A DNA stretch of 62,810 bases, the filler included. It is 3 parts of 3 records of this genome, joined end to end, with 100 filler letters (N's around TTAATTAATTAA, not from the genome) between each part and the next. Parts side by side here need not be neighbours in the genome. Positions count along the whole stretch, not along the records: positions 31,692 to 62,810 come from SRR31156797_12047; 2 more parts are not named here. One strand, 5' to 3'. The notes beneath the pieces are model-generated. The model had not been told where the DNA came from, searched no databases, and saw only the letters and a list, made by a program, of their open reading frames with translations. Both the position numbers and the translations under genes were made by a program. Below, one piece after another: positions 60,288 to 62,810 of this stretch. The first letter of the stretch is position 1, and every line of letters begins with the position of its first letter.

Positions 60288-61448
60288 ATGAAAAGACAGG
60301 GTAAAAAAGAAAAGAAAAGTCCAAAGAGTATACATAGAGAATCTAAAAAAACATGGGTAACTGTATTATACATATTATGTATTATTATATTGATATCAAT
60401 TAATGTATTCTGCATATCTAGATTAGTGACAATTTTAAATAAAATGGATTTAAGTAATAAACCTAATATTATCATTCAGATTGCAACAATGATTGAGTCT
60501 TTTGGCTTTAATACTATACCTGATGTTAGTGTTGTAGACTTAGTAACAGTAGCTACAATATTATTGTTAATTGTACAACTATTTATGTTAAAAAGGTCAA
60601 ATATTAATACAAAAAAGAGTTTTGATCAGACAAACACACAAGAGATAACTAAATTTTACATGAATGTTATTATACCTAGAATGGATTTTTTTGACAAAGT
60701 GTTTGCTCAAAGTGAGAAATATAATAAAGTAGTTGAACTAATTAGATCTTCAAACTATTTAATATATGAATTTAATGAAGCTGACTTAAAGCTGATCGGG
60801 AAAGTAATTGATGATGATAACTTTCAGAATTTAACTACTGAAAAGTATTATTTTAGTAGTTTTATTTCTAATGAATTTTTTAAAAAGTATAATTATGATT
60901 ATTTAAAAACTATATTAAGTTGTGCTTTTAATGTGCCTTATAATAATAATATAATGAGTGATAATGATGCATTAAAAACATTCTTAGTATTTGAGTTAGA
61001 GAAAATGCTAGATAATATTGAGTATTTTAGTACCGTATTGTTCTATAATAAGTCATGTAATAAATTGTGTTATTCTAGTATACATAGGAACTTCATTCAA
61101 ACAGTTGAGAAGTTACATTTTTTTATTTGCAAAAACAATGGAGAATATAAGGAGTATTATCAACCCAATACTATTTTACTGTATAAAAACTGGAAAAAAA
61201 GAAATGGAGAAGAGATAAGACTTAGAAAGTTGAACAAATCATCGTTGTTATATCGTTGGTTGAATAGGAATAATACATTTGATTTGCTAAAAATAATTAT
61301 GATATCTTTTATTCCTATGTTTCTTTTCTCAATATATGCAGCATATAACTCCGAATTTTTTATGAATTCAACTTTTGGTTTACTTATATACATTATATAT
61401 GTTTTTATTCTAATCTTTTCTTACTGTATTTATTTAATCTTTCAGTAG
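60288..61448 (+). CDS. hypothetical membrane protein (two N- and two C-terminal TMs)
   Basis: hydrophobic segments flanking a soluble helical core. Confidence 0.7.
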   Translation: MKRQGKKEKKSPKSIHRESKKTWVTVLYILCIIILISINVFCISRLVTILNKMDLSNKPNIIIQIATMIESFGFNTIPDVSVVDLVTVATILLLIVQLFMLKRSNINTKKSFDQTNTQEITKFYMNVIIPRMDFFDKVFAQSEKYNKVVELIRSSNYLIYEFNEADLKLIGKVIDDDNFQNLTTEKYYFSSFISNEFFKKYNYDYLKTILSCAFNVPYNNNIMSDNDALKTFLVFELEKMLDNIEYFSTVLFYNKSCNKLCYSSIHRNFIQTVEKLHFFICKNNGEYKEYYQPNTILLYKNWKKRNGEEIRLRKLNKSSLLYRWLNRNNTFDLLKIIMISFIPMFLFSIYAAYNSEFFMNSTFGLLIYIIYVFILIFSYCIYLIFQ

Positions 61449-61523
61449 TGTTGCGCCAATGAATAAATGTAGTAATATTATTATACATCGTAACCATGAA
61501 ATAACTCGATTAAGGAGGACATT

Positions 61524-62630
61524 TTGGCTACAATAAACAAATATAAAACTAAAGATGGCCAACAAAGATACCGTGTTCGCTGGACAGATGATTTAGGCAG
61601 GCAAAAAAGCAAATCATTTGACCGGTATAATATTGCTCGCAGCTATCAGAATGAAATAGAACACACGATGAGAGTAGGGGAGTATGTTAGCCCTGATAGC
61701 CTTACAGTAAAAGAGTTCTTAGATAGTTGGATTGAAACTCATAAAGCTAATTTAAAGCCTAATACTGAGCGTGGTTATAGAAATGATATCAAGCACATTT
61801 GTAATCACTTAGGACAAGTTAAGATTCAAAGCATAACTCCTGTAATGATTGAGGATATGTATGCTGCACTGCAGAAAGATACCAAGGATAAAAAAGGTTT
61901 ATCAGGTACTTCGGCATTAGAAGTACATAGAGTATTATCAAAAGCATTGCAAAGGGCAGTCAAAAATAGATTGATACCATATAACCCATGTACTGTAGTA
62001 GATGCTCCAAAGAAGAATACTAGTTTTAAACCAAAGTTTGTGCATCCTGAGGATATAGATAAATACCTAAATGCATTTGAAGGCCACTATATGTATACTG
62101 CTGTGTGCCTGGCAATTTTCGCAGGACTGAGACGTGGTGAAGCTCTGGGCTTGTGCTGGTCAGATATCAATAAGAAAAATGAGATAGTCAGTATAAATAA
62201 ATCTCTAGGATATCATGGCATATCAACCACGAAATCTGGCAAAGAGAAAACACTACCTATGTTTGATACACTAGCTACAATTTTGGCTAAGCAAAAAGAA
62301 TATCAAAGAATTAACAAAGAGCTGCACTGGGATAAATATATTAGATCTGATTATGTAGTTACAAAGCCAGGAGGAGGATCATTAAGTGTTAAGTGTTTCT
62401 CCGGACTATATAAAAAGAGACTAGAAAAATCAGGTCTAGAGTTTGTAAGATTCCATGACTTAAGGCATACATTTGCTGCACTACTTATCTTTGCAGGTGT
62501 AGATCTAAAAACAGTAAGTGAGTTAATGGGGCATAGCAGTATTAAGATCACAATGGATGTTTATGGACACCTCTATGATGAGCATAAAAAGAAGCAGATA
62601 TCAAAGCTGAATCAGTTCTATAAAGCGTAG
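61524..62630 (+). CDS. int: tyrosine integrase
   Basis: GLRRGE, FHDLRHT, MGH...Y; AAGGAGG RBS. Confidence 0.95.
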   Translation: MATINKYKTKDGQQRYRVRWTDDLGRQKSKSFDRYNIARSYQNEIEHTMRVGEYVSPDSLTVKEFLDSWIETHKANLKPNTERGYRNDIKHICNHLGQVKIQSITPVMIEDMYAALQKDTKDKKGLSGTSALEVHRVLSKALQRAVKNRLIPYNPCTVVDAPKKNTSFKPKFVHPEDIDKYLNAFEGHYMYTAVCLAIFAGLRRGEALGLCWSDINKKNEIVSINKSLGYHGISTTKSGKEKTLPMFDTLATILAKQKEYQRINKELHWDKYIRSDYVVTKPGGGSLSVKCFSGLYKKRLEKSGLEFVRFHDLRHTFAALLIFAGVDLKTVSELMGHSSIKITMDVYGHLYDEHKKKQISKLNQFYKA

Positions 62631-62633
62631 CCG

Positions 62634-62662
62634 ATGTCAAGCAAATGTCAAATGAATGTCAA
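62634..62662 (+). repeat. three ATGTCAA direct repeats (integrase arm-type sites)
   Basis: copies at 62634, 62645, 62656 (11-bp period). Confidence 0.7.
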
Positions 62663-62706
62663 GTGCCAGACGTAAAATAACCTAAACTGGCATATATTAA
62701 ATAAAG

Positions 62707-62754
62707 TGAAAAAGCCCAAAACCCTACTAAATAGGCGGTTTTAGGGCTTTTTCA
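62707..62754. terminator. hairpin downstream of integrase
   Basis: TGAAAAAGCCC-AAAACC/GGTTTT-A-GGGCTTTTTCA. Confidence 0.65.
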
Positions 62755-62780
62755 GTTTCAAAATTAAAACTAACTATATA

Positions 62781-62810
62781 ATTGGAAATCGTGTGTGCGT
62801 TGATAGCGTA
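62781..62810 (+). tRNA. 3' half of tRNA-Ser(GGA), prophage att core (partial)
   Basis: TTGGAAA anticodon loop, TCGTG stem, long variable arm GTGCGT-TGAT-AGCGTA; no 5' half upstream. Confidence 0.7.

Larger units (their letters stand above)
31692..62810. mobile_element. siphovirus prophage (HK97-type head, Clostridia-like), tail-tip/lysis end missing
   Basis: ordered tail-head-terminase-replication-CI/Cro-integrase-att modules. Confidence 0.95.

Noticed and set aside
1-62810. CRISPR arrays, rRNA, reverse transcriptase/DGR, IS transposases
   Set aside because: No spaced repeats, rRNA-like tracts, RT or DDE motifs seen

Overview
The window joins three unrelated contigs with 100-nt N spacers carrying a TTAATTAATTAA linker (25223-25322, 31592-31691). 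(1) 1-25222 is Desulfovibrionaceae-like and GC-rich. It holds a DVU1551-1558-type aldehyde-oxidoreductase accessory/radical SAM (TrsS-like) operon, a regulatory Fe-ADH + PAS kinase + sigma54 activator module, two redoxins, a sigma54-driven Fe alcohol dehydrogenase, housekeeping/hypothetical genes and a truncated MCP. (2) 25323-31591 is AT-rich and Arcobacter/Campylobacterota-like: hsrA, PEB4 PPIase, fbaA, a FIST kinase/response-regulator pair and an aldehyde dehydrogenase. (3) 31692-62810 is most of a Clostridia-type HK97-capsid siphoprophage (tail, head, packaging, HUH-type Rep, CI/Cro switch, integrase), ending in an att core that is the 3' half of tRNA-Ser(GGA). Between the repressor and the integrase lies an AT-rich cargo island. 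Its most striking part is a self-contained four-gene operon (STAS-HATPase kinase, PRTase-like protein, HD-phosphohydrolase/PRTase-like fusion, ThyX) that looks like an uncharacterised nucleotide-targeting anti-phage system. It is followed by an autoregulated Eco47II/Sau96I-type R-M system. All calls come from motif reading by eye; no database searches were run.
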